Source of the DNA: the human T2T-CHM13v2.0 reference genome, Homo sapiens
Length of the DNA stretch: 64,000 nucleotides
Direction: 5' to 3' (one strand)
NCBI RefSeq assembly: GCF_009914755.1
Contig: NC_060932.1
Shown here: in pieces, positions 1 through 15,930 of the stretch
How the letters are laid out: every line of letters starts with the position of its first letter
How positions within the stretch are numbered: position 1 is the stretch's first letter
Made by a program: the position numbers and the translations under genes
Notes under the pieces: model-generated
Told to the model about the DNA's origin: nothing
The model's database searches: none
The model's input: the letters and a program-made list of their open reading frames with translations, nothing else

Positions 1-169
1 TTCTGAGGCCTGCTTCTGAGGCCAATATTGTAACAAAACGCTGTCCTTCATGTTTATTGCTCTGACACTTTCCTGAAGTTGCTTCAGGGATCAAAGACAG
101 AAGGCTGAATACCTAGCTACTTATGAAATAACAAGGCTGTGGGAGTTCTGAGCCAAGAACCACGGACAA

Positions 170-172
170 AAA

Positions 173-207
<35 letters not shown>

Positions 208-210
208 ATA
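170..210 (+). repeat. (TAAA)n microsatellite
   Basis: Direct reading. Confidence 0.95.
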
Positions 211-244
211 TATCTTACCCTTCATATAGTCACAGGGATGTTGA

Positions 245-820
<576 letters not shown>

Positions 821-1039
821 TCTGGGTATTAATCCCTTTTCAGAGATATGATTCACAAATATTTTCTCCAGGTCTACCTTTCCACACTGCTGATAGTGTC
901 TTTTGATGTACAAAATGTTTAACTTTCATAAAGTACAACTTGACTATTTTTTCTTTTGTTGCCTGTCCCTTTTGTGTCATATTCAGGAAATCACTGCCAA
1001 ATCCAATGGAATGAATTTTTTGCTCTATGTTTTCTTCTT

Positions 1040-1380
1040 TGCTATGGTCTAAATGCTTGTGTGCCCCCAAAATTCGTATGTTGAAATGTTAACCTCCAAG
1101 TTGATGGTATTAGGAGGAAAAGCCTTTTGGAGTTGATTACATCATGAGAGTGAAACCCTCTTGATTGAGATTCAAGCCCTTATAAAAGAAACCCCAGAGA
1201 AGTAGCTTATTGCTTCCACCATGTGAGGACACAATGGGTAGGCAGTAAGTGGACCCTTCCCAGACATTGAATAACACTTTAATCTTAGACTTCCCAACTT
1301 CAAGAACTATGGTAAATAAATTTCTATTATGTATAGCTCCCTAGTTTGTATTGATTTATTATAGCCTAAATGGACTAAGG
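1040..1380 (+). mobile_element. MaLR solo LTR (MST/MLT1A-like)
   Basis: Starts tgctatggtctaaatgcttgtgtgcccccaaaattcgtatgttgaaa, ends aatggactaag. Strand convention uncertain. Confidence 0.8.
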
Positions 1381-2749
1381 TAGTCTTTGTGTCTACCTTT
1401 CTGCCAAGACTATACTATTTTGGTTATTATAGCTTGGAAATAAGTTTTGACAGCAGGGAGTCTGAGCCCTCCAAATACATTCTTTTTCAAGATCATTTTG
1501 GCCATTTGGGGGTCCTTGGAAATGTTATGAATATTAGTATGGATTTTTCTATTTCTGCAAAACATGTCATTGAAATTTTGAAAAGGATTACATTAAATCT
1601 GTAGATTGCTTTGGGTAGTATTAACATCTTACCAGTATTGAGTCTTCCAATTCATAATCATAGGATGTCTTTCCATTTATTTATGTCTTAATTTATTTCA
1701 GCAAAATTTTGCAGCTTTCATTGTACAAGTTTTTATCACATTGAATAATTCCCAAATATTTTATTATTTTCAATGATGTAAATGAAATTCTTTTCAAAAT
1801 TTCCTTTATATTGTTTATTGTTAGTGTATAGGATTACAACTGATTTTTATGTTAATTTTATACCTGAAACTTTGCTGAAATTATTTATTCTTCCTAACAG
1901 TATTTTGTGTGGAATCTTCAGGGTTTTTTACACGTAAGATCAGATCATATGTGGAGACAGTTTTACTTCTTTCTTTCCAGTTTGGATCCCCTTTATTTAT
2001 TTTTCTTGACTAATTGCTCTAACTAGGACTTCCAGTACTATGCTGAATAGAAGTGGTGAAAGCTGGCATCCTTGCCTTGATCCTGATCTGAAAGAAAAAA
2101 ACCTTCAGGTATTTCACCATTATGTGTGATGTTAGCTATGGGCTTGTCATAATTGGCCTTTATTACGTTGAAGTAGTTTCCTTTTATTCCTAGTTTTTTG
2201 AAAGTTTTTTTTTTTTTTTAATCATGAAAGGGTGTTGAATTTTGTGAAATGCTTTTTCTGCATCAGTTGAAATGATTGTGTGTTTTGGTCCTTCCATTGT
2301 GTTAATAGAATGTATTACATCAATCAATTGTTATATTTTGAGCCATCCTTGAATTCCAGGAATAAGTCCTGCTTGGTTATGTTACTAGTACTTTCTTGAA
2401 GATTTTGCATCAATGTTCATAAGGGATATTACTCTGTAGTTTTATTTTCTTGTAGTGTCTCTGTCTGGATATGGTATCAGGGTAATGCTGGCTTCATATA
2501 ATGAGTTAGAAAGTGTCTCCTTCTCTTCAATAGTTTGAAAAATTTTTGAGAAGAATTTATATTACTTATTCTTTAAATATTTGGCAAAATTCACCTGTGA
2601 AGACAGGAGGTCAAGGGATTTTCTTTATTGAAAGATTTTTTTGATTAAATTTCCTTGCTAGCTATAGGTCTATTCAGATTTTTAAATTTATTTCTTTATA
2701 ATTTAGTCTTGATAAGTTTTGTGTTTCTCAAAATCTGTCCATTTCGTAA

Positions 2750-3218
<469 letters not shown>

Positions 3219-3562
3219 TAAATATTTTCAAAGAATTAACTTGGTTTCATTGATTTTTTCTACTGTTTTCTCTATCTCTCTTTTGTATATCTCTGCTCCA
3301 ATTTTTATTATTTTCTGACTTCTGCTAGCTTTGAGTTTATTTTGTTGTTTCTCAGTTCATTAAGTTGTAAAGTTGCATTTTTTATTTGAGATCTTTCTTG
3401 TTTGCTAATTTAAGTATTTATAGCTCTACATTTCCTCCTGAGCACTACTTTCACTGTACCCCATAAGTTTTAGTATGTTGTGTTTTCATTTTTATTCAAT
3501 TCTAAGTGTTTTCACACTTCCCTTTTGATTAATTCTTTGATCCACTTATTAAAAGTGTGTTG

Positions 3563-3765
3563 CATATGGACACATATAGGGGAACAACACACTGGGGAAT
3601 TTCAGAGGGTGGAGGGTGAGAGAAGAAAGAAGATCAGGAAAAATAACTAATGAGTACTAGGCGTAATATCTAGCTAATGAAATAATCTGTTCAACAAACC
3701 CCAATAACACAAATTTACTTGTGTATCAAACTTGAACTTGTACCCTTGAACTTAAAATAAAAGGT
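3563..3765 (+). mobile_element. L1 (L1PA/PB) 3' end, about 200 nt
   Basis: ggacacatatagggg aacaacacactgggg...cttaaaataaaag matches the L1 3'UTR terminus. Confidence 0.8.
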
Positions 3766-6387
3766 TTTTTAAGAGTATTGCTTAATTTACACAATTTTGT
3801 GAATTTTTTAGTTTTACTTGTTATTGACTTCATGAGGAAACTGTGGATATTTTCTATCCTATAACATCTATTGAGACTTAGTTTGTGGCCTAACATATGG
3901 TCTATCTTGGAAAATGTTCCATTTACAGTTAAGAAGAATATGTATGCTGCTGTTATTTGGTGGAATGTTCTATGTATGTCTGTTGTATCTAGTTGGTTTA
4001 TTGTGTTGTTTAAATCCTCTGTTTATTTACTTGTCTTCTGTCTGGTTTTATCCATGGGGGTTGGAGGGGGAGAGTATTATTGAAATCTCCAACTATTACT
4101 GTAGAACTGTTTGTTTTTCTGTTTGGTTTTGCTTATGTTTTTTATTGTCATTAGGTGAGTAAATGTTTATAATTGTTATACTTTCTTGATGTATTGAAAC
4201 AATATACATTGCCCTTCTTTGTCTCTTGTGTGTAATTTTTTTTTTTAATTTAAAGTCTATTTCATCTGATATTATTATACCAACCCCTGTTCTCTTTTGG
4301 TTACCATTTACATGAAATTTATTTTTCCATTCTTTTACTATCAATCTATTTTTGTCTTTGGGTCTAAAATAAGTCTCTCGTAGACAGTGTACAGTTGGAT
4401 CATTTTTTAAAACTTTATTCTGACAATCTCTACCTTTTGATTGGAGAGTTTAATCCATTCACTTACTTCTGTCATTTGTTGTTTGTTTACTATATGCATT
4501 ATAGCTTTTTGTATTTCGTCTTCTGCATTACTGTCTTGTTTTGTGTTTACTTGGTTGTTTTATAGTGAACACTTTAATTTGCTTCTTATTCCTTTTTGTG
4601 TATATTCTATAGCTATATTTTTCTGGTTACCATGGGGATTACATTTAACACCCTAAAGTTATAACACTCTAATTTGAATTTATACCAATTTAACTTCAGT
4701 AACATACAAACATGCTGCTTCTTTACAATTCTGTCCTATCTGGTTCAATTATTCATGTCACAAAATTACAACTTCATACATTGTATGTCCAAACACAAAA
4801 ATCATCATTTTAAAAATGCATCCGTTTCTTTATGTAAAAAACAAAATATAGAGTCACAAACCAAAGCTAAAATAATACTAGTTTTTAGGCTAAAAATCTA
4901 AATATTTTTAGTTTTAGACTAAAAATATATTCGTCTTTTAAATAATGTAGAAAATAAAAAGTGGATTTACAAACTGTTGTTACTACAATACTAGATTTTA
5001 GAATTGCTCACATATTTACCTTTATTGAGATCTTTATTTCTTCATATGGCTTTAAGTTACTATGGAGTGTCCTTTCATTTCAACCTGTAGGACTTCCTTT
5101 AGCATTTGTAGGGCATCTCGTAAGGTAGGTCTAAGAGTAACAAACTCCTTCAGCTTTTGTTTTTCTGGGAAAGTCTTAATTGCACCTTCACTTTGAAAGA
5201 TGGTTTTGCCTAATACAGGATTCTTGGTTAATAGACTTTTTTTAATTTTAGCATTTTGAATATATTATCAGTCTAATGCCTTCTGACATCCAAAGTTTCC
5301 AATAAAAAATCTGCTGATAATCTTATTAAAAATCCCTTGAATATGGTGAGTTGCTTCTCTCTTGCTGCTTTCAAGATTCTCTGTTTGTCTTTGACTTTTT
5401 AAGTTTGATTAGAATGTATCTCAGTATGGGTCTCTTTGAGTTCATTCTAGTTGAAATTTGTTGAGCTTCTTTGATGTTTATAGTCATGCCTTTCACCAAA
5501 TTTGGGAAGTTTTTGGTCATAATTTCTTATTCTCTCTGACTCTTTTTCTCTCTTCTCCTTCTGAGACTCTCTCAATGCATATGTTGGTCTGCTTGATGGT
5601 GTCTCAAATGTTCCTTAGGCTCTGTTCATTTTTCTTGAATTTTTTTAAATGTTCCTCAAACTCAATAATTTTCATTGCACTGATTCTTTTTGCTATCTGC
5701 TCAAATATGTCTTTGAATCCTGCTAGTGGATTTTTTTATTTCCATTGTTGTGCTTTTCAGCTCTAGATTTTCCATTGGTTTCCTTTTTGGTTTTCTATTT
5801 ATTTACTGATATTTTCATTTTGTCTATTCCTCATTTTCTTGACTTTCTCTACGTCATCCTTTAATTCTTTGAGCATATTTAAGGAAGTAATTTTAAAGTC
5901 TTTGTCAAATAGGTTACCATCTGGTCTTTCTCAGGAAGAGTTTCTGTTGGTATATTAATTTATTTTTTGAATGGGTCATACTTTCCCATTTCTTTGTATG
6001 TCTTGTGTTTTTTTGTTGCAAACTGAATATCTGAATCTAATATTGTGATAACTCTGGTAATCAGATTCTTCCCCACCTGAGGAATTGCTGTTTTTGTTTT
6101 GTTTAATTTTTTATTGTTGTAGGCTATCTATCTCCAGAGTTAGCCTAAGGAATAAACTTAAGGTCTTCTCAGGTTCTTTCTGAGCCTGTGACTTCCCTAC
6201 GTATGCATACTGACTTTTTAATTTTCCTCATACATGTGGTTGCTTGAATGTCCTAGTCTTTAATGTCTGGATCCTAAAAAGAAAAAAGAAAAAAAATATG
6301 ATGTGGGAAGTAGGGAAGGAGCTGACTTTTTAAATACACTGGAAGCTGCTTCAGCCCAAGAAGAAATGACTTACAACAATAAGGGGT

Positions 6388-6388
6388 G

Positions 6389-6421
<33 letters not shown>
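6388..6421 (+). repeat. (TG)n microsatellite
   Basis: Direct reading. Confidence 0.95.
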
Positions 6422-6422
<1 letters not shown>

Positions 6423-7710
6423 AACAATAGCTGCTGGCCAATGTGTCTGCACTTTGTGATCAGAAGCAGCAATCATCAATCAAAACACAGATCCATAACA
6501 TTTGGAAAACTTGGTTCTTATTGCCCATCCTAGTTCCTGCAAGATGACTGCAAGCTGCTCCAGGAACATGTGCAGAGTGGCCTCCTATGAGGGTTGTGGG
6601 TGGGTATGAGTATCTGCAACTGGGTTAAGAGCTGAAATTGACCAAAATTAACTGCAACTTATCATCTAAGACTTCCCCTGAATTTTGCAAGGATTCAATA
6701 GATTTCAGAGTTTCAAAATAGATACGTTAGACAGATTCTGCCAGTGCATTTTTTGTCTAGGTAGGAAGACAAATTCCTGTTCATCCTACTCTGCCATCTT
6801 CCAGAACCCTCTTCAAATTGACTTTATCACATTTTCTGAATGAAGTTACCACTTGGGCACTTAGGGCTTCCAGGTCTATATTCAAGACAGGATAGCTCTC
6901 TTGAATTTCAGATTCTTATATCTATTTCTTACTCAGTTTTATGATGTTTAGCTCTGTGCCTCAATTTCTTTATCTGTAAACAGAAATCCAAATCCTCCCA
7001 TCAGATTATTTTGATGACAAATGATTTAAAGCTTGCAAAGTGCCTGGCACCATCATTAGTACTTAATAAACATTTGTTTACCAAGAATTGTCCTTATCAA
7101 TGCTTATACATCTTCTATATTTAAGTTCCTCAAACCCAAAGTGAGAGTCTAACTCTATGTTTTTATAAAAACAGTAAATTCTTATGGTCAGTGAACTAGT
7201 CCATCTCTTCTGGCCTCTGCATATCATGGTGTTATGCATAGGATAAGTATGCAGGAAATGAAAACCTTTGGATTTATTTTTAAAGAGAGAATCACAAACA
7301 GAATTATATCAACAGCAATATACACTTTGGCAGATTTTGTCTTACTATAAAATGTAAGCATGTGATTTGTAAATTTCAGTCTACGTACAGGAAACCTCAA
7401 TAATATGGAAAGGTGCTTCGTAGCTTCTACAAGAGGTGGGAAAAACATACAGACGACACACACATACACAGACATACACATTCACACACACAGTACCTTG
7501 GAAAACTCATTATCAATTTTGTGTGTTTTATAAGCTGAAATCCCTTGGATATTTTATTTGAATCAAAAGTTCCATTGGTGAGAAAAATAAAACTTTGGAA
7601 ACCACGACAATAAAATTTGAATCTACTCATGTACAAGACTATCTTCACTTTTCTGAAGTGAGTATGATGGAATTATTTGCACTGAATTCTGGAGAGATAT
7701 TAAAAATATT

Positions 7711-7943
7711 TTGAGAGGGAGAGAGAAAGAGAGATCACATACACATAATTTTATTATAGTATATTGTTATAACTGTTCTGTTTTATTATTAATTATGGTG
7801 CCTAATTTAAAAATTAAACTTTATTGTAGGTATTTATGTTTAGAAAAAAAACATAGTATGTATAAGATTCGGTACTATCTGTGGTTTCAGTCACCCACCG
7901 GGGGTCTTAGAATGTACCCCTGTGGATAAGGGGGAACTACTGT
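7711..7943. mobile_element. TcMar-Tigger fossil (Tigger2/MER8-like end)
   Basis: Terminal ggataagggggaactactg-ta and a gagagatcacat...ttttattatagtatattgttataa block. Confidence 0.75.
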
Positions 7944-8305
7944 ATATACTCCTCTCTTGCAACGCACTAAGACAGAGCGGGTATAAAATGTGAGCACTTG
8001 GGCCAGCTTGCTGTGGACAATTTCACTACATTTAAAACTACCTTAGGTTTCTGAGATACACCTACTTAACTGTAGCTATGGTAAAGAAGGATTTAATATT
8101 CAGTAATGGTACATACTTGTTATCTCCTACCTAGGGAAATCCATAGATATCCCTTTTTACCTTGAATTATTATGAAATATGTTATTATTCATATCAGAAC
8201 AAAGAAATAATGCAAATTTCCCATTTCCTTCACTCAGTTATGACTAAGAATACATCATAAGCACAATGAATACATCATTACATCACCTTCTAAATCTAAA
8301 AAAAG

Positions 8306-8311
8306 TTTATT
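8306..8311 (-). terminator. Probable FABP4 polyadenylation signal AATAAA
   Basis: tttatt on the + strand, about 150 nt past the stop codon. Confidence 0.7.
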
Positions 8312-8463
8312 TAACCAACGTAACCATATTGAATAAAATCAGCTTGGGAGAAAATTAGTTGCTTGCTAAATCATGGAAAACAACAATATCTTTTTGAACA
8401 ATATATCCCACAGAATGTTGTAGAGTTCAATGCGAACTTCAGTCCAGGTCAACGTCCCTTGGC

Positions 8464-8514
8464 TTATGCTCTCTCATAAACTCTCGTGGAAGTGACGCCT
8501 TTCATGACGCATTC
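8464..8514 (-). CDS. FABP4: FABP4 coding exon 4 (ECVMKGVTSTRVYERA*)
   Basis: TAG acceptor, 51 nt to TAA. Exons sum to 73+173+102+51=399 nt, i.e. 132 aa plus stop. Confidence 0.98.
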   Translation of the reverse strand, partial: ECVMKGVTSTRVYERA

Positions 8515-9012
8515 CTAGACACAAAAAACAATTCTTGGTCAATCACTGGATTAAACCATGGATTTATTTATTGTCTCTCTGAATGTTGGGAATAAAACAA
8601 TATTCATTCCAAAGATATTCATTTCTGGACTCCTATATATGTAACCCATATATTGTAATAAGATAGGGAGATATAAAGACCAGGAAAATACAAGTTTTCC
8701 CCTCCAGGTGCCTTAAAATCTGTATGGTGACTGAGAAACATAAGCAGAGATAGGTAATACAATATGGTGGAGGTACCACTGGAGACAGCCTTAGGATGCC
8801 TGGAAGCAGGCAGAGAATGCTTCCTAGAAGACAGCATGCCTTTGTTGAACTCAAAAGCATGAAGGGCAAATGCCAGAGTGGAAGCATAATTCCAATAAAA
8901 TCCTCTTTTTGTTTCAGATAATCAAAAGGAAAATCTGTTTCCTTAAGTGGAATAGTGATCATGAGATAACCTAGCAGTAAGATCCAGAATTAAGTAGCTA
9001 GAAGATACTCAC

Positions 9013-9114
9013 CACCACCAGTTTATCATCCTCTCGTTTTCTCTTTATGGTGGTTGATTTTCCATCCCATTTCTGCACATGTACCAGGACACCCCCATCT
9101 AAGGTTATGGTGCT
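9013..9114 (-). CDS. FABP4: FABP4 coding exon 3 ([34 protein letters not shown])
   Basis: 102 nt, CAG acceptor, GTGAGT donor; lies inside track ORF 8998..9282. Confidence 0.98.
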
Positions 9115-9493
9115 CTGTAGGCATAAGAAAATGTAATGACAATGTGCAGAGGGAGGCAGAAAAAAATTTAAAATAGAGTGCCTTTGTTCAAAGGAATATT
9201 TTGAGGTCATTAGTAATTCTAAATGACAAGAATATATTGCAACAAGAAAAAAAATGAGTCTCAAAAACAACAACATAACCACTTATGGATACGTTATGTC
9301 CAGAGTGTTATACAAATTACATAATTGGAAAAATTACTGTGAAGGAATATGAAAAAGAAATTTACATTGCGATGGTAGTAGTATGGGTGGTTTTTCTATT
9401 TCTTTCTTCCATTTTTATAAACATTCTCTTACATTGTTATAGTATTTTAATTCACTTGAAATACTCTATGTATTGTATGACTCAAATAAATTA

Positions 9494-9906
<413 letters not shown>

Positions 9907-10024
9907 TCAGGGATCTTTGGCTTATGATAAAATGGTGTTCCTCCTTTTATCATAAAATGATTTCTTATAGCAGTGGTGATTTAGAAACCAGGCATGTACT
10001 CTGTGCCACTTCCTTATTTCTCAC

Positions 10025-10197
10025 CTTGACTTTCCTGTCATCTGCAGTGACTTCGTCAAATTCCTGGCCCAGTATGAAGGAAATCTCAGTATTTTTAAAG
10101 GTACTTTCAGATTTAATGGTGATCACATCCCCATTCACACTGATGATCATGTTAGGTTTGGCCATGCCAGCCACTTTCCTGGTGGCAAAGCCCACTC
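10025..10197 (-). CDS. FABP4: FABP4 coding exon 2 ([58 protein letters not shown])
   Basis: 173 nt between a TAG acceptor and a GTGAGA donor; lies inside track ORF 9965..10279. Confidence 0.98.
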
Positions 10198-12693
10198 CTA
10201 CAGTTAGGAAAAGAAAAGATGTCAGATTTACATTTTCTCTCACGTACTTATCCAAGTCAGAGAATGTGTGTGTGCACACAGGTGCATGTGCAGGAGGAAA
10301 AAGGCACAGAGAGTTTCTTAAAGGCCTAATTTAAACAGCTCCTGCAGATAAAATCAGGCCAATACTTAAAAAAAAAAAAAAAAGAAAACCCACAAAGAAA
10401 ACAAAAACACAACCTCTGAGAAACAATAGGTGTAGGCCTATTCTTTAAACTTCCCTTTCTCTGGTCTGGATACAACTTCTCAGGAGACCCATTGTTTATT
10501 TTCAACAAAAATATGTATAAAGGTTAAGTGGTTGGGAAGATATATATTTAAAATGTTAGCCACTGTTATTTTTCTCTCTTAATAAAATACTTGAGGCTAC
10601 TTGACCATTCCATCTTAGATACTCAATATTACATTTAAGAAGGCACAAAGACAGAATTTTCAACAGAATTTTGGGGGTTAATGTAGAGTTATTTAGTTAA
10701 AGGTTCGTCTGTTTTGAGTATACAAAAGTCACATTTCATAGCATTTGTTGCCAAGTCTACTTTTCTGTGCTTCTTTCTCAAATTACTCCACCATGAAATG
10801 AAGATTTTCATGAATTTCTACAAAAGGCAAAATGTTTCCTACATTTATAACATTTTAGAATGGTGATATCATTGCTAATAATTTATAGGGGATATTTAAA
10901 AGGGACTAGTCATCAAATTGTGAAAACTTTAACATTTAATAAATCACTATTTCTTAGTTTAAAATAGGTTAGAAGCCAATACTTTGATTTCCAGTCACCT
11001 AAGTTGTGAACTTTTCTTTCTTAAAAAGGGGAATATATTTTCTTGTGCAAGGTATGGAATGAATAATTTACAGCCTAACATAGCAGTAACTTGCTGACAC
11101 TGTGTATGTCATGCAGAGTTTATGGCAGTCATAGATTTGCTGAATTTTTTAAACATGTGCATGTAAATCTAAGCTCTTTCTTTGACTAAAGGCAACCAAA
11201 GGTTAGAAATTGGGAAGAACTGGGAGAGATATATGGCGCAAAATAAGTAATGCTGAGGCTCCGATTTGGCTGTCTGTCTGAAAAATGGCCACAGGTGTGT
11301 CTTCATGTCCTGGCTCAGTTACAAAATATAACATTAAATGTATGAAGTGAGTCCACTTCGTGAATGCAGGCAAAACTGAGTGTGATTCTAGAATGACTGA
11401 CCTTGGGAAAAACCAGTCTCCATTTGCTTGATTTTGCTTTTATTTGATGATGAAGACAATACCTGCCCACTCATCCTCAATTACAGCAGCTAATTTCATG
11501 CAGAAGGTGTTTTATTGACTTTAATTATAATCAGCCCTTTATAATTTAAAAACACAGTATTATTAGAAAATATAAATATTAAAAGTATAACATTTTTCTA
11601 AAAATAAATAGTTAAATGGCCCCAAATCCTGGCTTTTCTGCATCAGTGCATATTAATTAGTTTATTGAATCACTCTAGTTTATTCTAGAAAGTCTCTCTC
11701 ATGCTGAAGTCACCAATTTCCCTATCATCTAAAAACAAGAAACATAGTTACAGACAAGCAAAAAAATATATACTGTATAATTTACAGGAGGGTTAAGTGT
11801 TTTGCGATTTAATGATTACATTCTAAACCCTAAGATTGCATAAAATTCCTCCCCAGTTTGCTAACCCCAGTTCTGACTTTATTGGACTGTCATGCATGGG
11901 GTTGAGGGAGAAAGGTTTTCAAAGTAGAAGCTGCCTGAGTGAGAAGTTGTCTTTTCTGATTTACCTCCATAGTTATCTGAGAGACATTCATCCAATGACA
12001 TGCTGACAGTTAACAGCGTCTAAAAAATTAAAAACCTCTACTATCAAAGAAGAGGTATGTTATATGCGTAACATTCTCCTTTTAAATTGGTTGATAATTC
12101 TATGGCATACTATGTCATTTCTAGTCAAAGGAAGTATTTAAGCCATTTAAGAAACATATTTTCTGAAATTAAAATTTTTGTCTATCATAAAACAACCACA
12201 TATTTTAATAGATTAACATTGAGACAAGAAAATAATTGGCTAACATACGGTTACTGAAAAAGAACCTTGCATTAAGGGAACTAGAGTGCTTTCAGTTTGA
12301 AATGAAAATTATTGCATACTAACTTTTTTCCAAGTTATTGCTTAATTTACATGCAAAAGGGGATGAAAGAGAAACAGGCAAAGAGCTAAGTAAACCAAGG
12401 ATACCCAAGTTTTTCAAATAAAGTCAAATCTTATCATTTCTAAAGACAATAAACATTCCATTTAGACACCTTTTTATATTGGTACACCTTTAGGAAACAT
12501 TAGTTGTAGCTTTGGTTCAGAATTTCTCTAGAAACAAATGATTATCACTTGCTATGTGTGCAGCCTCTCTATAGAAAGCAGCATTTTTCATTTCTGGCCA
12601 GGGCTTCCAGACATTGCTATAAACACAGCTGTAAACTCTTTTTCCCAAAAGAAAATATTATAAATCCAGTCATTCCACAACGCATTTCCTTAC

Positions 12694-12766
12694 CTACTTC
12701 TTTCATATAATCATCAAAGTTTTCACTGGAGACAAGTTTCCAGGTACCTACAAAAGCATCACACAT
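12694..12766 (-). CDS. FABP4: FABP4 coding exon 1 ([25 protein letters not shown])
   Basis: ATG at 12766, 73 coding nt, GT donor (GTAAGG) at 12693. Translation is the adipocyte FABP N-terminus with the GTWKL motif. Confidence 0.98.
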
Positions 12767-12834
12767 TTTGTGAGTTTTCTAGGATTATTCTTCAAGGTGA
12801 GAAGGAAGCTGCAGTTTTCAGGAGGGTGCTGTGA

Positions 12835-12990
12835 CCCTCTTGAGTCCAGATAACTTCCTTTTAAAGATGCTCAGAACATGTGATCTTAGGAATGACCAAT
12901 TGGGAATGAGATCCAATCATTTCCTTCATTACCGGCCTCTGCATTTTTTTCTCTGAGTCATGTTTTTAATAGAAATTTCTCAACTTTGGT
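12835..12990 (-). promoter_or_regulatory. FABP4: FABP4 proximal promoter: TATA-like TTTAAAA (12859-12865), AP-1 TGAGTCA (12954-12960), C/EBP GTTGAGAAAT (12975-12984)
   Basis: Motifs read directly. Spacing from a TSS near 12837 (about -25, -120, -140) matches the known aP2 promoter layout. Confidence 0.85.
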
Positions 12991-14249
12991 TCTCCCTGGC
13001 AAATAGTCACTGGACTTAGAGTACAAATTATTTTTAAACCACTAACAGGATATTTTAAACATTCCTGTTTTGACAGCTTAATGCTCAGTGCACTGAATTT
13101 CCCCCTATTATTCCTATACATATTTATCCCAGTGTAGAGAGGGGAAATTATTTTGAGATAAACTTCGACCTTATTTTGTGTGTGTGTGTGGGGTGTTATT
13201 TAAATTGCAGTTATGTGGTTCTTTTGAATTGAGGAACATAAGAACTGCCTCGGAGATTCTTACATAATTGCAAAGGCTCTTCGGGACACTCCTGTCTCAG
13301 GAATTACCTGGCGATTAAAACAAAATAAATAATGGGATTTAAAAGTACTCCAGATTTCTGATTTCAAATGTTTTATATGAATAAAAAAGTACATTCAATT
13401 CATCCACCAGTAATCTGGACTGTAGATTTAATCGAAATGATAATTTAACCTCACTCTTTCCATCTCCTAAATGAGAGCATAGCATTGATTTCCACAGATC
13501 CTTTGAAAAATAGGCCTTATTCTAAAATACTTTCCTCATATTGAGAAACTGCATTCAATTTCTGAACTGTATTATAAGTTCTGAATTTATTCAGATCAGA
13601 AATGGTGTGTGGTCACAAGCTACCAAAACCAATATCCTTCTTTTATACAGTGACCAATCTGTGAAACTAGTTTTCTAAAGTAATCGTGGTTTTCAATTCC
13701 CTTTGCCTCATGCAAGAATGACAGAAGTTGTTCACATGTGCTGCAAATTCCCACGAACATACCCAGATTTAGGGGAAAAAAAGAAACTAAAATATTTCAG
13801 AGTGATGCATCGCTACACTGTGTATCCCACTGAACAGTACCTGCTGAGCATGTGATTGATTCACAAGCCTGTGTAAGTGTCCTGAGGGCTTCCCAAAAAT
13901 GTTTGTGGCAGGAAATTCTGTAAGCAACAGGATTTTCTGTAGGAAAGCAAGTTGCTATGAAAGCCTGATAAAGTTAGGTTTTGCATTTGTTAATGGCACA
14001 GTAATAACGCTCATCTACTCTGGACTGTTGCATAGATACACAGACTGTGGTGATGTACCATCCAGGTAGGCTTGCTATTAGTGATCCACCTGTTTCCCAT
14101 TGAATAAGACTGTTCAGATGGAAAGTAAATAAAAGTGACAAATCTTAATAGAGGGATGTTTTTGATAATGTTTTAAATTAATTTGCTTCCTACAGGTTTT
14201 TAAATGATTGAATTTGAATACATACTATGTGTATTCTAACACTGCAATT

Positions 14250-15040
<791 letters not shown>

Positions 15041-15059
15041 TGTTTTAGAGATTGACTCT

Positions 15060-15541
15060 CTGGTAGTGTAATCTCCGGTCACATGTGGCTCTTAAAATGT
15101 GGCTAGTATGACTGAGAAATTGAATTTTTAATTTTACTTAATTTTAATTAAAATGAAAGAAATGATCCTCAATTCAGTTACTGAAAAACTTTTAAATATG
15201 TTTGAACCAATGTGGCTATGTCAATCTACTTTTTCAATTGTAAATTTTATGAAATCTAAATGTTGGACAAGTATTTCAAAAGAAAATTTAGAATCTGAAT
15301 TGAGATGAACTGTTAGTATAAAATATATACCAGATTTTGAAGACAATATACAAATATATCCTATATTATTCATTTTCTTACATTGATTACATGTTGAAAT
15401 GACAACATTTTCGATATGTTAGGTTAAATAGAATGTATTACGAAAATTAATTTAACCTATTTCTTTTTTACTTTCCTTATGTGGCTGCTAGAAAATTTTA
15501 GATTATATATGTGGCTTACATTATATTTCTCTTGGGCAGTG
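15060..15541. mobile_element. hAT-Charlie fossil (MER3/MER33/Charlie1-like)
   Basis: cacatgtggct...aaatgtggctagtatgactgagaaattgaattttta...gtggcttacattatatttctcttgggcagtg. Confidence 0.7.
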
Positions 15542-15569
15542 AAGTTTTAGAGTACCATGGTAACAGCAA

Positions 15570-15930
15570 GCTTCGCTTATTTATTCAACATGTGATCAGG
15601 CATTGTGCTAACCAATGCGGATTCAACAGTGAGCCAGCCAGGGCAGGCATTTGCTTGCTCTCAATGAGCTTATATTCTAATACTGGAGAAGGTCATATAC
15701 AAAGAGACCTTGTGTATGAAATATGAAATAAATAAGCCAATCACAGGTAGTGCTGTGTTTTAGAGCAAACAGAATGGGGTACTCTGATGTAATGACCACT
15801 GTGAGGGTTGGAGCACTAGATGGGGCAATCCGGGAAAGTCTGTTAAAGAAGGTAGATAATTGAGCTGTTAGCTGAATGATGAGAAGAAGACAGCCACAGG
15901 AAGATCAGGAAAGAGACTGTATACGGGACA
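15570..15930. mobile_element. L2 fragment
   Basis: tttattcaaca...aggcattgtgcta...gagcttatattcta...gagctg...gaatgatgagaaga pattern. Confidence 0.55.

Noticed and set aside
9924-10334. 136-aa plus-strand ORF over FABP4 exon 2, and the 59002/59039 ORFs over FABP12 exon 2
   Set aside because: Antisense shadows of real coding exons, with no independent homology or gene structure.
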